From Lytechinus pictus (lineage: Eukaryota), in NCBI RefSeq assembly GCF_037042905.1, contig NC_087251.1, positions 47,308,001 through 47,372,000 of the forward strand: a DNA stretch of 64,000 nt, in the 5' to 3' direction. The notes under the pieces are model-generated. The model was given only the letters and a program-made list of their open reading frames with translations. It did not search any database and was not told where the DNA came from. How positions within the stretch are numbered: position 1 is the first letter of the stretch; each line of letters opens with the position of its first letter. A program made the translations under genes and the position numbers. Positions 1 through 12,429 of the stretch are shown one piece after another.

Positions 1-692
1 TCGCCTGCATTACGCAATTCAATACAGCAGCAGTACTGCCTTTGAAAACAGCTAATGAATAATTATTCACAAAAGAAAACACTCATACAGGTGTATGATA
101 TTAATAAAATACTGTGTCCATTCCCCCAAAATGACCTCTGACTTGATTACCCATGTCAATGTTTCATGAGCTAGATTCATAAACTTTCTAAGTTATGATG
201 CCAATTCACCATATACTCCCAACACTGCCACAGGTCATTAACCTTTAAATGACCTTTGATCTTGGCCATGTTCCTGAAACGCACACAGGGTATTCAGGGA
301 CACATTGCTGCCCTAACATGTATGTCAAAGTTTCATGAACTAGATCCATAAACTTTTAAAGTTATGACAATTCCACAAATACCCCCAACATTACCAAGGT
401 TTGTTGACCCTAAATTACCTTTGACCTTGGTCATGTGACCTGAAACTCCCACAGGATGTTCAAGGATACTTGATTGCTCATGTCCAAGTTTCATGAACTA
501 GATCCATACAATTTCAAAGTTATGATGACAATTCCTCAAATACCCCCAACATGGTTAAAGTTCATTGACCCTAAGTGACCTTTGACCTTGATCATGTGAT
601 CTGAAACTCGCATATGATATTCAGGGATACATGATTGCTCTTATGTCTAAGTTTCATGAACTAGATCCATAAAATTTTTAAGTTATGACAAT
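1..692 (-). mobile_element. Helentron/HINE-like element with ~160-bp tandem repeat array (runs off the window start)
   Basis: Bases 1-37 are the reverse complement of the 3' region of the 47035-52930 element. About four tandem units contain GACCTTTGACCTTGGTCATGTGACCTGAAAC and TTCATGAACTAGATCCAT. Confidence 0.7.
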
Positions 693-1078
693 TCTTTTTT
701 TTTATAATAAAGTTTAATTGATTTTTACATCACAAAATTTCTTTTTACTTCACATTATATGGGGAAGCTGCTCCCAAATAATGTCACAATACACACAAAA
801 AAATCTAATACAGTTTTAATCTGTGATCGATTTCCCCCAATCCTTTACCAGTAGGCCTACTTTTCATTATCATTCTGCTATTCTTACGATAAACTTTTTG
901 TCATGTTGAATTTCCCTTTATTGCCCTCACAGATTCTTTTCAGTTTTTAAAGGAAATTTTTGCGATTTCCCCATCAAAATGTTTAAATCAGGTACATAAT
1001 AAGTGTAAATCACAAGTATTGATGAAATTCCAGTAATTATAATTCCATTAAACAGAGTTAAAATATAGAGACTCTTAC

Positions 1079-4000
1079 TTATTTAGAGTTTACTTTAGTC
1101 CTCTTTGCATCACTACTATGCAACAAATCTCTATCACTCTCTCCTCTCCTTTCCTTTTCAGGAAATCCCTTACCTGGCCCAGTCACTTGCCTCACACTGA
1201 TATTTATCCTGCCATGTTTCAGGTATTCCTCAAATTCTTTCCACAGATCCTCTCTAGATAGACTTCTAATTGCACTTGATATGTTTTTGGATACCCCAGA
1301 AATGTCAGTAATGCAGGGGTCTGCCGAGTTTGACGGGTAAGTCCTAGATGCAGAGACAGTATCTGTGACAGATGTTCTCTTGATGCAGCTACCTAGACGT
1401 TCACATGGCTCATCTGTAGAAGAATTGTATGGACACTGTTCAAGGGTGTTCTTTGGTCTATGATCTCCAGCAACACTTGATGCAACAGAATCTGAAAGCT
1501 TTCCCGAATGTTCAACATCCACATCAACTGCTGCATTGCATGTTTCGTCACACTGATCATTCATGCCCTGTTGCGAACCTCTTGGAGCCAGGTTGTTGTT
1601 TGGTTTTTGATTCCCTGTGGCACTTATTGTAACAGAATCTGAAAGCTTTGCAATATGTTCAACATCCGCATCAACTGCTGCTTTACATGTCTTGTCACAC
1701 AGATCCTCTATATTCTCCTGTGCTGTGTGATCTCCAACATTCAGAGTGCTTCCAGTGACATATTCTTCTTCTTCACTCTCTTGTTGCTGCAGAAGATCAT
1801 CAGTTAGGTCAAAGCACCGTGGAAGCTGACCTTCCTTACGGGCATACATGATCCTTGGTACAGCATGATAGGCAAGCCTTGATGCACCTCCCAGGACAAT
1901 GACATCACCACTCCTTAAGTGCAAAGCCATTGGCTTGGTAGCTTTGGTAGTGCCTCCCACCAAGAAGATAGCTGACTGTCCAAGGCTATGAATTAGAACA
2001 ATTACAAAGGGTCTGAAATTTAATTAATATCTCATATAAGCCCTCTAGTCTGAGCCTTTGGGGCATTAACAAATTCTCTTGTGTAGCTTTAAGTACAGAT
2101 AGAAATTGAGAATCAAATCTGTTGAATCTCTAAGTTTATATGAATTACCTCCTGCAAAACATAACCTAGGACTGCTAATATAAAGGCTTCCATAAGAAAT
2201 AATATTCCATTTTGTTATTGTTCAAGATCTAAAATTCTGGAGAATAACTTGCAAGGACAATACAAGGATCTTACATGAAATATGTCTGACACTGAATAAG
2301 AGACAAATATGGGGTTTCATAAAGTTACAATCAACTTGATGCACGACCGGTGACCCTTTCCTGTGAGTTAAATCAACACCAATAGAAATTTGGCGATTAC
2401 CACAAGAAAGGATCACCAGTCGTCCACACAGTCATGCGCAACTTACAAACAGCTTTATAAAACAGCCCCCTGGCACTTTACCTGTATGAAATGAGCGGAG
2501 CAGTGAGGTCAAATTCTGAATGATCGGTATGACCTCCAAGTGTAGAATCCATGTGGTAGAAATTCACGATGCCTGCCTGAGCCTTGAATTGAGGGTAGCC
2601 AAGTACCTCGGCAATCAGGGCTGTCATAAGACCCAGGTCCTCTGGGAACGGGGAGTACTGGTCCTCGTTGTAGACCTTGTTGTCCCAGTCATAGTGGTAG
2701 CCCAGGGTCACCCATCGCAGCTGGTCCATGGCAGTCTTGTCTTTGGTCTTCTGACTTGGGGAACTGCATAAGGGAAGAAGTGCACTATTTTGTGTCTGTA
2801 TGTTCAACAATAATAATAATAACATCATATTCATTCGGGGTAGCCACCTTAGTTTCGAAAAATGTTCTACCAGTGGACCCTGATTAACAGGATGATGTTT
2901 CATGCAAATGCAAGATTGTTACATTCAAATGCACTATCCGACTATCATAGGCGAGTCTTTTAGTTTTAAGGATTTTATTTTCTAATGCCTTGCAAAAGGG
3001 AATATATTTGGGGGCCAGTAACACAAATCTTCACAACTGATTTTTGGGCTGTTTTTTACAACTGATCATACAAAATAATCATTGCAATCAATCGCAGAAA
3101 TCAACCCTATGATCAATTGCTACACTTCATGTTACAGGGCCTTGAGAGCATCAATCAACAAGGAGCATACCTGTCCTTCTTTCTCCTGGTCTGCCACGGA
3201 TTACAAAGCTGATCAGGGTGATGGTGTGTGTCTAAGTTGGTAACGTTGGGTTTACATGGGTAGTCAGCTAGGCAGCGTCTCACCCAGTATCTCTGAGCTC
3301 CCGGCAGGAAGGGATTCCTGATGAATTGAAATCCTGAGAAAAAACAAAGGGATCAATTCGGGAGGAATTTGAATGAGAATGACAGCGAGACCATGGAAGT
3401 GTGGTGGAACGAGGCGGATTAAACACACTCGCGCAGTACATTGACAGGGCCCACCACTGTGCTAAAACAGTATGGCTCGTAAAATGGAACCTGGCTAGTT
3501 CTGCCTAGTCTGCAGGCACAGACCCTGATTGAAACTTTGATCAACAGTTGTGTCTCCATGCAAAGACTAGCACATACAAGAGGGCCTTCAGTACACAAGG
3601 CATGAGTAGGCTGCAATTCAGACCCTTAACTCGAGTGAAGGGTTTGATAAGCAAGCTAAGTTCTGCCACTGTGTGAATGTGCACATCCACGTATACATGA
3701 ACGTAACCTTGGAGATTAGTATAACCTTTCCACGCCTACTTCATACCAAGGCACACTTGGTGCCGCGCATACTTCGCATTTCACGCTCAAACAAATAATG
3801 CATTGTTTCGCTGCCTGAAATAATCCAGCACAGAGGGGATCATGGCCCAGCGCACAAAGAGATAAACATGAATAAGAACACAAAGCATGCATGTTTTGGT
3901 CAATGATGGGTCGTACTGGGGCCCAATTTTAAAAAACTTGTTATCATAACAAAATTACAATAACAGTTAAAAGCTACGGAAATCCTTCAATTTGATTGGC

Positions 4001-6349
4001 CGATAGTAAAGCTGTAACAGAAATCATTATCATAAGGGGTCTTCACGTAAAAGGACCATGGTATTGGTAAGGGCATGGCTAAGCCTGTGGAAAAGGCCAT
4101 AACATGGGTAGATTATGTGAAAATATGATTAACTTAAAAGAGTGATTATGAACATAAATACATATCAATTGATAAATAACCAATACAGATAAAAATGCAA
4201 ATATTATTATACAGGTGATTAGAAAATATCACAATTTTATGGGAAAAAAATACAAGGCTAGACCACCTGAACAACAAAATTATATACCTGGGAATTCATG
4301 AGTCCCATAACACTGCCATTCACTGGGATTTTTCAGGCCAAAGCTTGCTGCTTCTGATCTTGTCTGCTTGGTGTCATCCTCTTGGGGAATCTGGAATCTA
4401 TAGAGCTTGAATGGAATTGGATATTTAAAAGTACTTTAGTATGCTAACAACTCAACTTACACAACTATATCAAATATACTGATAATTATGTCATAATTGC
4501 AGCATAGTATATTGGAAAGCATAATTAGGTGACTAAACCACAAGATTTCACATAAGATAGTAATCGTCGATCTCTTTATCAAATGAAATTTTCAATCAAA
4601 TCTAAAGACATGAAATGGTGTAGCCAAGCTACACCATCGTTCCCTTATCACAAACAACACCATCGTCGTAGTTTTAGTAGTTGGAATCTTGTTAAGAATC
4701 GTAAACAAAATCTATAAGAATCTTGTCAAGAGGGATTTTGTAATTGAGTATGGAATGGAAGTGTCCATAAACTTTTGAGTCCCAGATGGAGAGTTTACAT
4801 ACATGTACCTAAACTAGATAGATGTTCTTGATTCTTCATTATAAGGCACATATTGAATTTAATACAAATCAAAATAAAAGAGTGGATATATATTTTCCTT
4901 GTCTTTTGATTATATTTCTATTCTTTGAATAAGTTATAAAGGCAAAAATGATTGAAAAAAATAGATTAATGAACATGTGAATAAACAAATGAATAAAAGA
5001 ACAAAGAGATACATACATAGGAATTCACTAGTCAGACAGACAGACAAATGAATAAGTGAATAATCGAATAAATAAAATATTGCCATGCAAGCAAAAAAAA
5101 AATAGGGAGAGGAGGAAGAGAGGGAAAGGATACAGAATGAGGAAATGATGATGATGATGATAAAACATAAAAAGAAAATAAAAATTAGAAATTAATAAAT
5201 GTAAACAGAAAAAAAAAAGAATCCTGAGAAGAGAATGGGGGAAGAAAATAAATAAATAATGATAATAAAACAAGGTGTTTTTACTTTTTAGGGTATTAAA
5301 GGGAAAAAAAACTGGAATAAAAATGAAAACCACAAAATAAATAAAAGTAGAATACTAGTAGTACACTCTGGAAAAATATAGGAAAGGAAAATCAAGGGGT
5401 GAATTTACTGAAATAGGAAAATAACAAAAGTTAAGGGGGAAAGAACAGAACAAATCAAGAAAAAATTATGAAAAGCAAGATTCAAGACAAGTGAGAAATA
5501 AATGGGGAAAGCATATGCAACAACAAACAAAAGCAACAAAAACAACAATAACAAAATTAAAGCAACAAACTGTAGGTATAGCCCCAAAATTGCTGTGAAA
5601 GTGTGAATAATTTTTTTTAAGCAGAAAATAAGATTTAACACACAATCGTATCATTTCGTCTTGTCCAGGGGCAGATCCAAGATTTTCCAATAGGGGTAGG
5701 GGGCACATTTCAAAGATGAAAATTTGACAAGCCAAAAAAAATTTCTCACTTTCAAGAGGGGGCACACTGTCCTGGGTTAAAACGGCATAGATGATCTATT
5801 ACGTTAACAATTTTATGATATAGGCTCTCAAAACTATCAATCATCAAAATTAGGGGGCACAGGCCGAATGTGCCCCCCCCCCAATGGATCTATCACTGGT
5901 GTTATCTTTTTGTTGTTGCCCATAATCAAACTTCAAAGTGTTAGTGTCACTGTAACGTTGATTATTATTGCAAAGTTCAATTAAGTTGAAAAAAAAACTG
6001 CACTGCCAGTGCCAGTGGTACATATTCTATTTCTAGCTGGTGATTTAGCCAATATGAAATTTGTACACAACCAACACAAATATGTGATAAGGCCAATTTA
6101 CTTGCGTATCATCAAAATCGCACGCACTGACAATTGTCGATTGGCTCCACACACATTCTTGAAGGACCAGTCCCTTTTCAGGCTATTACGTTTTAATGAA
6201 CACATGGGACTGGACTGATTCTCCGGACTTACCATTTTCTCATGTCCAGCACTGTCTGTGTCAAGCACTTCCTTAAAACAAGGAGGAGGATATTTTTTCT
6301 TATAACGCTTGAATTCTGGTCGGAAATTATCATCAAAAGCACCTTCCAT
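1079..6349 (-). CDS. ALKBH1: Nucleic acid dioxygenase ALKBH1 (Fe(II)/2-oxoglutarate AlkB family), 5 coding exons
   Basis: Exons with GT-AG sites and consistent phases: 6349-6233, 4405 (or 4390)-4288, 3333-3171, 2763-2482, 1985-1079. The spliced protein has FQFIRNPFLPGAQRYW, KPNVTNLD, LRWVTLGYHYDW, AGIVNFY, HTD (HxD), SLGQSAIFL, SGD, HAVPR and RINISVRQV, all characteristic of ALKBH1. Confidence 0.95.
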
Positions 6350-6415
6350 GTCTATTTTTCCCTCTCTTATTTGGCCGATCCTTGACCTTGCTTAGGCGCG
6401 TACTAAGGCTCCATG

Positions 6416-6432
6416 GGGGCTGCCATTTTGAA
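6416..6432 (-). promoter_or_regulatory. YY1-like motif near the ALKBH1 5' end
   Basis: AAAATGGCAGCC on the minus strand about 70 nt upstream of the ALKBH1 ATG. The motif is seen directly; function is inferred. Confidence 0.35.
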
Positions 6433-6755
6433 TATATTATCGATTATGAGGTTTTTATTTCAACAGTACAAGGTGTCCAACAAAATCCATCATCAATTTT
6501 TATTTCTTTTCTCTTATTAGTTTTGTTCTCCTCATTTTCTTTTAATGAGATATCCTTGATACATAACAAAACAGTTAAAGAAGTATTGTAATAAAAGTTA
6601 AAGAATGATCGTGTAGTATAGCGAAACAGTATTTAAAAAATTAAGAAAAAAAATATTCACAAAAAGTCAACATCACATTGCCGCAAAGGGGCCGCAAAAC
6701 AAAAAATTAATGTCAGAAACTGAGAAAGGATTGAAGAAACGCAGGGATGGGAGAA

Positions 6756-6756
<1 letters not shown>

Positions 6757-6805
<49 letters not shown>

Positions 6806-6978
6806 GTTGAAATATATGAATGACGTATAGATGGGGTGGGGGCTTGGGGGCCATGAACCCCCTTCCAAATAAGTAAGCTAAAGTAAATAAATAAATTAAA
6901 TAAATAAATAAATAAATAATAATTGAAGAATAATATAATATTTTATAATAATAAAAAGAATTGAGAATCTTCTTCTTA

Positions 6979-7016
<38 letters not shown>

Positions 7017-7150
7017 TATCATCATCATCCGTCATCATCATCATTGTTATTATTATTCTCCTCCTTCATCTTCATCTTCATCTTCACCTTACTTATCTTC
7101 TTCTTCATTTCATCTTCTTTATCATCTTCTTCTTCTCCCTTCTCTCCTTC
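6757..7150 (+). repeat. Compound microsatellites (GA)n, (AAAT)n, (ATT/ATC)n, (TCT)n
   Basis: Seen directly. Confidence 0.9.
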
Positions 7151-7510
7151 TCCATTTTATTCTATACTAATTATTGCCCACATTATCGTAGACATGGTTA
7201 AAAAAGGAATATTTGATTTTAAAAAGTCATTAGTCAAAACATTTTGTGCCATTTTGTGTCCGAAAAATTTGATTAGGAAAAAAAAATTCATCAGTCAAAA
7301 TTGTTGGCCATTTCCTCCCCCCCCCCCCAATAAACAACCTGCTTTCCCCTCCTATTTTTCTTTCTTTTTGAAAATTGAGGGGTTCGATCGACCCCCGATC
7401 CCCTGGCTACGGGTTTGTATAACACATCTATATGGTTATAAACGAATGCGGCGTGTAGGTATATGCATGGGGAGGGGGGTGTGGTCGGCACAGAACGCTC
7501 TTCACCGTTT

Positions 7511-7650
7511 TCCTGACGCGCAATCGCAGTTGTTGAATTGCTTTCATTACGTCACAATAATAAGCGAGCAACGTGAAGAAACTTTAAGCCAATCATATTG
7601 CAGGGATCAGCCCATTGGAGATATCCGTGACGTCACAATCGTTTTATAGA
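7511..7650 (+). promoter_or_regulatory. Putative promoter with CRE/ATF sites and CCAAT boxes
   Basis: TTACGTCA 7547-7554, CCAAT 7589-7593, ATTGG 7614-7618, perfect CRE TGACGTCA 7628-7635 and TATA-like TTTTATAG ~7642-7649, clustered about 110-210 nt upstream of ATG 7757. Confidence 0.5.
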
Positions 7651-7756
7651 GCTACGCACAATTGTAATGTTTATGTATTTTAGCAAGTTGCTATATGCTT
7701 CATTCTTATTGAATTCCCCTAGCATTCGGATGTCTTTGCATCTTGCTTGCTTCAAA

Positions 7757-9135
7757 ATGCCAAACAGGTCTTCGAGAAAACGTCGATCCTTTGGGCGATT
7801 TAGAAAAACAGTCACCAGCGCTTTTCGGAAATTATTCTGCTGTTTACTGGGTAATGATTTGATTTGCAGTTCCCCCACGTTTTAGTATATATCCCTTTCA
7901 TTTTTGCGACAAAATTATTATTTGGGTTATTGCGTATTTCAAATGTTTACGTTTTCGTTTTGTAGCTAAATTCACTTTATTAATGCAACCAAAATCTAGA
8001 TTAAAAAAATACAACTATTTTTTTTTCATACTATTTCAAACAAAATTCTTGAATTATTTTATCCGTTCTTCCTGCCAGCTTCTCCTGATGAGTCCCATCA
8101 CCGCAGACTGACTGCCGATGATATCAGACTGGTAAGATAATAAAGTATAATAACTAAATTTGTAATCGTTTCTGTTAAAAACTCATATCATTATTGATAT
8201 TATTTTCTTAATGCCGGATAGTCGAATAATTAGTTATTATCTATTTTTTTTCTTTCAATACTTTCATTTGAATCCAAAATATTTTGATTTCAAGAATATA
8301 TCTCTGAAAATCAATGTTGGTGCTTTCTGTGGAAATGTATTTAGGTTAAAAGAACATGCAGATGTATTGGTCAAAAGGATTTTTTAGGTAAATTTAGGAC
8401 TGTGTTGGCTAATATCGGGATTTAAAAATTTTTCTTTGTTTTTGTTTGCCCCCATCCCGTATAGGGATCTTCATTTAGTAATTACATTAAGCCCCCCCTC
8501 AATATAACTTTTAGGCTAATTATATATACCAAACATTATTTTTAAATTATGTTTCCATGATAAACTCTTCACTTCGGTAGTCTTCATGTCGCTTAAGGCA
8601 GTATCGCATAACAAAAATGAAGAGTAAATGTGCATAAACAAAAAATATATATAATACCCGGGATATAATAGAGTTTATTATGCCAGTCCTTGCTTCTCAA
8701 TTGCCTGCTTTCCAGGTTCACGTTTCATCTTGCGAATCCATCTTAGCCTCCTCAGCTCACAGTCTTCCTGATCTCTGCCAAGCTGACGTAACTATAGCTA
8801 GCCAGGGTCTTGACAGCGACATCGCTCTCTTTCCTACAAACCTCTCTACGAACAACGCCACTGACTACTACAATGACTGCTTGAGTTGGCATTCCAGTTT
8901 GGTATCCGGTAGCGTCAGTGAATTGGCTTCACTTTTCGAAAACGAAGACTATGACGACTTCGTACGCGATCGTTGCGATGAGGGCACCATGTGTAGCAGT
9001 ACGACAATCGATATGTCGTCTTTAGACTTGTCAATAAGTGAGATTGAAAGAGGATTTTTTAATGACAATCAGACAGTCGCTGAAATTATTCTGCTGCAAA
9101 TGATAAGACAAGTGGTTTTCAAAAACTATGGCTGA
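7757..9135 (+). CDS. Putative 3-exon orphan protein (188 aa) with a polybasic/di-Cys N-terminus and acidic Ser-rich body
   Basis: Exons 7757-7850 (AAAATG start, G|GTAATG donor), 8079-8131 (pyrimidine tract-CAG acceptor, GTAAGA donor) and 8716-9135 (TTTCCAG acceptor, TGA). Phases join exactly (94+53+420=567 nt). AATAAA at 9161. Confidence 0.7.
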
Positions 9136-9556
9136 CAACACTATATGGAAATGTATTGATAATAAAAAAAACTTTAGTTTTTTATTGCAAGTCATATCTG
9201 TTTGTTTATTACGATAATGAGTTTTGATAAATATCCATCCTCTCCTCAGCTCCCTTTGTAAATGTGCTGGCCCCTCCCTATTCCCTCCCCCTTCACATTA
9301 AATCTCACTTTATCTTTCTGACCCAGTCCCAATTTGACAATGCAAAATTAACATTGAAAAAAAAAATCATCTAAAAAGGTTTTCGCATGATTTTTTTTGA
9401 AAATATTTATTCTGTTTTCTTTTACAGGTTAAAAACAGAATACAAAGAAGTAAGATTCCCCTATTTTTGCATATATACTTTGGAAATAAAAACCGTTTAG
9501 AGCAGTAGAAAACTTAAAAGTTCATGTATTTCTACACTTTTTAAATAGTTTACATG

Positions 9557-9895
9557 AAGGTGTCGTGGTGTAGTGGTTCAGTCACTTGACTTTTAAACCA
9601 AGGGTCGAGGGTTCGAATCCCACCCGGCGCTATTTGCCACTCTCCTCCCAAGTGTCAGTTATGGATGGATGGATACCCGATAGGATGTGAAAGTCAATGT
9701 GATTAGATTGGCATGATTGTGTGCACCGATAATAGGTTGCCCAGCCAAGATACCCCCCCCCCCCCCCAGGGAGTGGAGATGGTGCACTCTATGTGTGGAA
9801 CAGTGATGAACCCTATAACCGGAGTAACAAATATGTAAAACGCTTAGAAATCAAAGTATGAATTGATATATAAATGTAAAAAGAATTATTATTTA
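9557..9895 (+). mobile_element. tRNA-derived SINE
   Basis: Pol III A box (TGGTGTAGTGG) and B box (GGTTCGAATCC), followed by a SINE body related to the other copies and an (ATT)n tail. Confidence 0.7.
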
Positions 9896-11544
9896 AACAA
9901 ATGATCTGTCGATTTATGCATGAGTAGGCATATTTTGAACTTTAAAAGAGGGAGCGGGATGGATGGAAGAGAATGAGTTTATTGCAAAGAGAGGAGGGTG
10001 AGAATGAGAAGGGAAAGAAAGAGAGAGGGGGTAGGGTAACGGAAGAGGGTATCAGTGTGTTTAAAGAGTGATCCTACCCAAATGAAAAGTTGTGTTAAAG
10101 AGGAAAAGAAAAATCAGCCATGTAGATATAGGTAAAAAGTTTGAAGAAAATCAGAAAGTTATGAAAATTCAAAAGTTATAAAACTTCATTTATACATGGA
10201 GACTTCAAATTGGTCGCATTGGTGATATCGTAATGATGTACTCCAATGCATAAAGCGGCTAAAATGTCATTTTTTCCCCAATAAGTTTTATTTCAGATTA
10301 TATTATTCATTCATTTCATGAGGGCTTAAATCTTCTCCTTACAAAACTGCCAATAAACAAGTGAATTTATTGTATAATATAAGATGAATTGCTTGAGAGC
10401 CTCATATGTAATCAAAATATTCTACGATCATTGGGTTCTCTTTCATAAAATATATGGTGTCATCGACTTACTCATTTGCATCACATAAGTTAAGTTCATA
10501 AGTTCATTCTATTTGTCTTCCAACTTTAAGTTTGAATACATGACAAACATATAAGTGTGTATGAAACAATGAGCAGAGTACATGATAAAACATACAGGTA
10601 TATATAAAACAGAGTATGCAGAAAACATTGTTTTTTAAATACATTATACAGCTTAAGACAGAAAAGAAATAATTTTAAAGGAAGACGAGGAGACCTAAGT
10701 GAAGCAATGCTTGTAAATTAAGGTTCCTCATTACGAATTCAAAGAACATTGGATAAACAACAAAGAAATGACAATATAATATAATATGATAACTAAAGAG
10801 AGAGGCGGGGAGAGAAGAGGGACACATTTATGTACAAAAGGGACAAAAAAGGGGACATGAGGACAGAGACCAGCCAGGCCCGGGAAAGGGGGGATGTTAA
10901 GTATTGATAATTTAGCATTAACTGATAAATAACACACGAAAAATAGGCTTTACGAATCACTTCCATAGTTACTCAGTAAATAAGATTTCAATTTTCGTTT
11001 AAACACTGTAGAACTGACAGCATGTGTAATGTCAGGGTCAAGTGCATACCAAAACCTGGGTCCAGTGCAAACTAGAGTGCCCAAAGTGAACTTTGTTCTT
11101 GCACGAGATATATGGAGAGTGGAAGATTGTCTAGTATTGTAATTGAATGTGTACTTGACTATTTTTCTTAAATATCAGTGCCAGGGCTGAAGGGAGACTT
11201 CCTGAATCAAAATCATACATAAGAGATCCTAGCTGCATAAAGTAAATATCTTCCACTTTCAATAAGTGATTGTCATGAAATAAAACATTTGTATGGGCAC
11301 GATTCGTTTACAATTTGGGGGGAAATCAAGCAAAGTGACATTTCATATTGGTTTTATATAAGATTTTGACGAAATCGTCAGTGACTTTGCTCTTTTTCTA
11401 AATTTATTAAAATCAACTTTCTATTCAGGTGAGAGTGACTGTACAAACATTTAGGTTTTTTTCCTGGATCTTGGAAAAACATATAGAGAGATTGGTCGAT
11501 TATGATCATGACTCTGAAACCTTGCACATCATCACATGAATTAA

Positions 11545-12143
11545 AGGGGAATCCAGCCTTGGTCATTAAATGTTGTGTTGGGAAGGTGAAAAATAAATTA
11601 AATAGAATGGTGAAAATTTGAAAGAAATCGGACAGGCAATAAGAAAGTTATAACTGCTTTAAAATTGAGATCACTAATACTATGTAGATTTCAAATTGGC
11701 AACTGGGTAAGTAAATCATGACAAGGCCGGGGCAAGGACAACTTTCCCATAGGCCATGTACTTTATTATCAGGGATTTGTGGTTTTCTCCTAAGTACCCA
11801 TTCCCCTGGGGCAGTAATCTAAATATAACCCAGGTAGTATATTGTTTTATGTCCTCATGAAAGAAAAATATAATTTGAAATAAAACTTTAGGGGAAAATG
11901 ACATTTTAGTCATAATATGTATTGGAGTACATGGAAGAGTAGTCCTTGCCTGACATCACTATGACATCCCATATGCGGCCAATTTGAAGTCTCCATGAGT
12001 ATAGTGATTAAGAATATATACAACTTTTAAAAATTCATTACTTTCTTGTTGTTTGTCCAATATTGTTCAAACTTTCACCGATCAACTTGTCTGATTGTTT
12101 TTTTCCTTATAAAATCAAGTTTTTATTTGGGTTGGATTCCCCT
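11545..12143. mobile_element. Kolobok-like MITE upstream of GPHN
   Basis: TTAA|AGGGGAATCCA ... TGGATTCCCCT|TTAA, with long imperfect subterminal inverted repeats. Confidence 0.75.
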
Positions 12144-12429
12144 TTAAGGACGGGAGATCTACAAATTAGGGGTAATTGGTATACATGCAGACGATAAGGT
12201 TATCATTTCATCATTTAAATTAGATCATGAAGTTCGTGATGAAGGGGTATGTCCCGATCAGCTTCAATTTCCATGTCGTCACGTCAAACTGTTTGTATAT
12301 GTCTGCCATGCCTGTCCACAAGATAGTGTTGGAAATAACAATCGTCCGTCGAACGGGTCTGCTCACCATAAAAGGTATATCGCTGTGGTATGCATGTTGC
12401 ATATTTCCCAGAACTATTAATTTAGAGGA

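Noticed and set aside
9557..9632. tRNA gene (cloverleaf-like sequence with A and B boxes)
   Set aside because: The anticodon and T stems have mismatches, and the sequence runs straight into a SINE body shared with other copies, so it is a SINE head. The same applies at 17768, 19094, 33420, 33760, 42275, 53888 and 57242.
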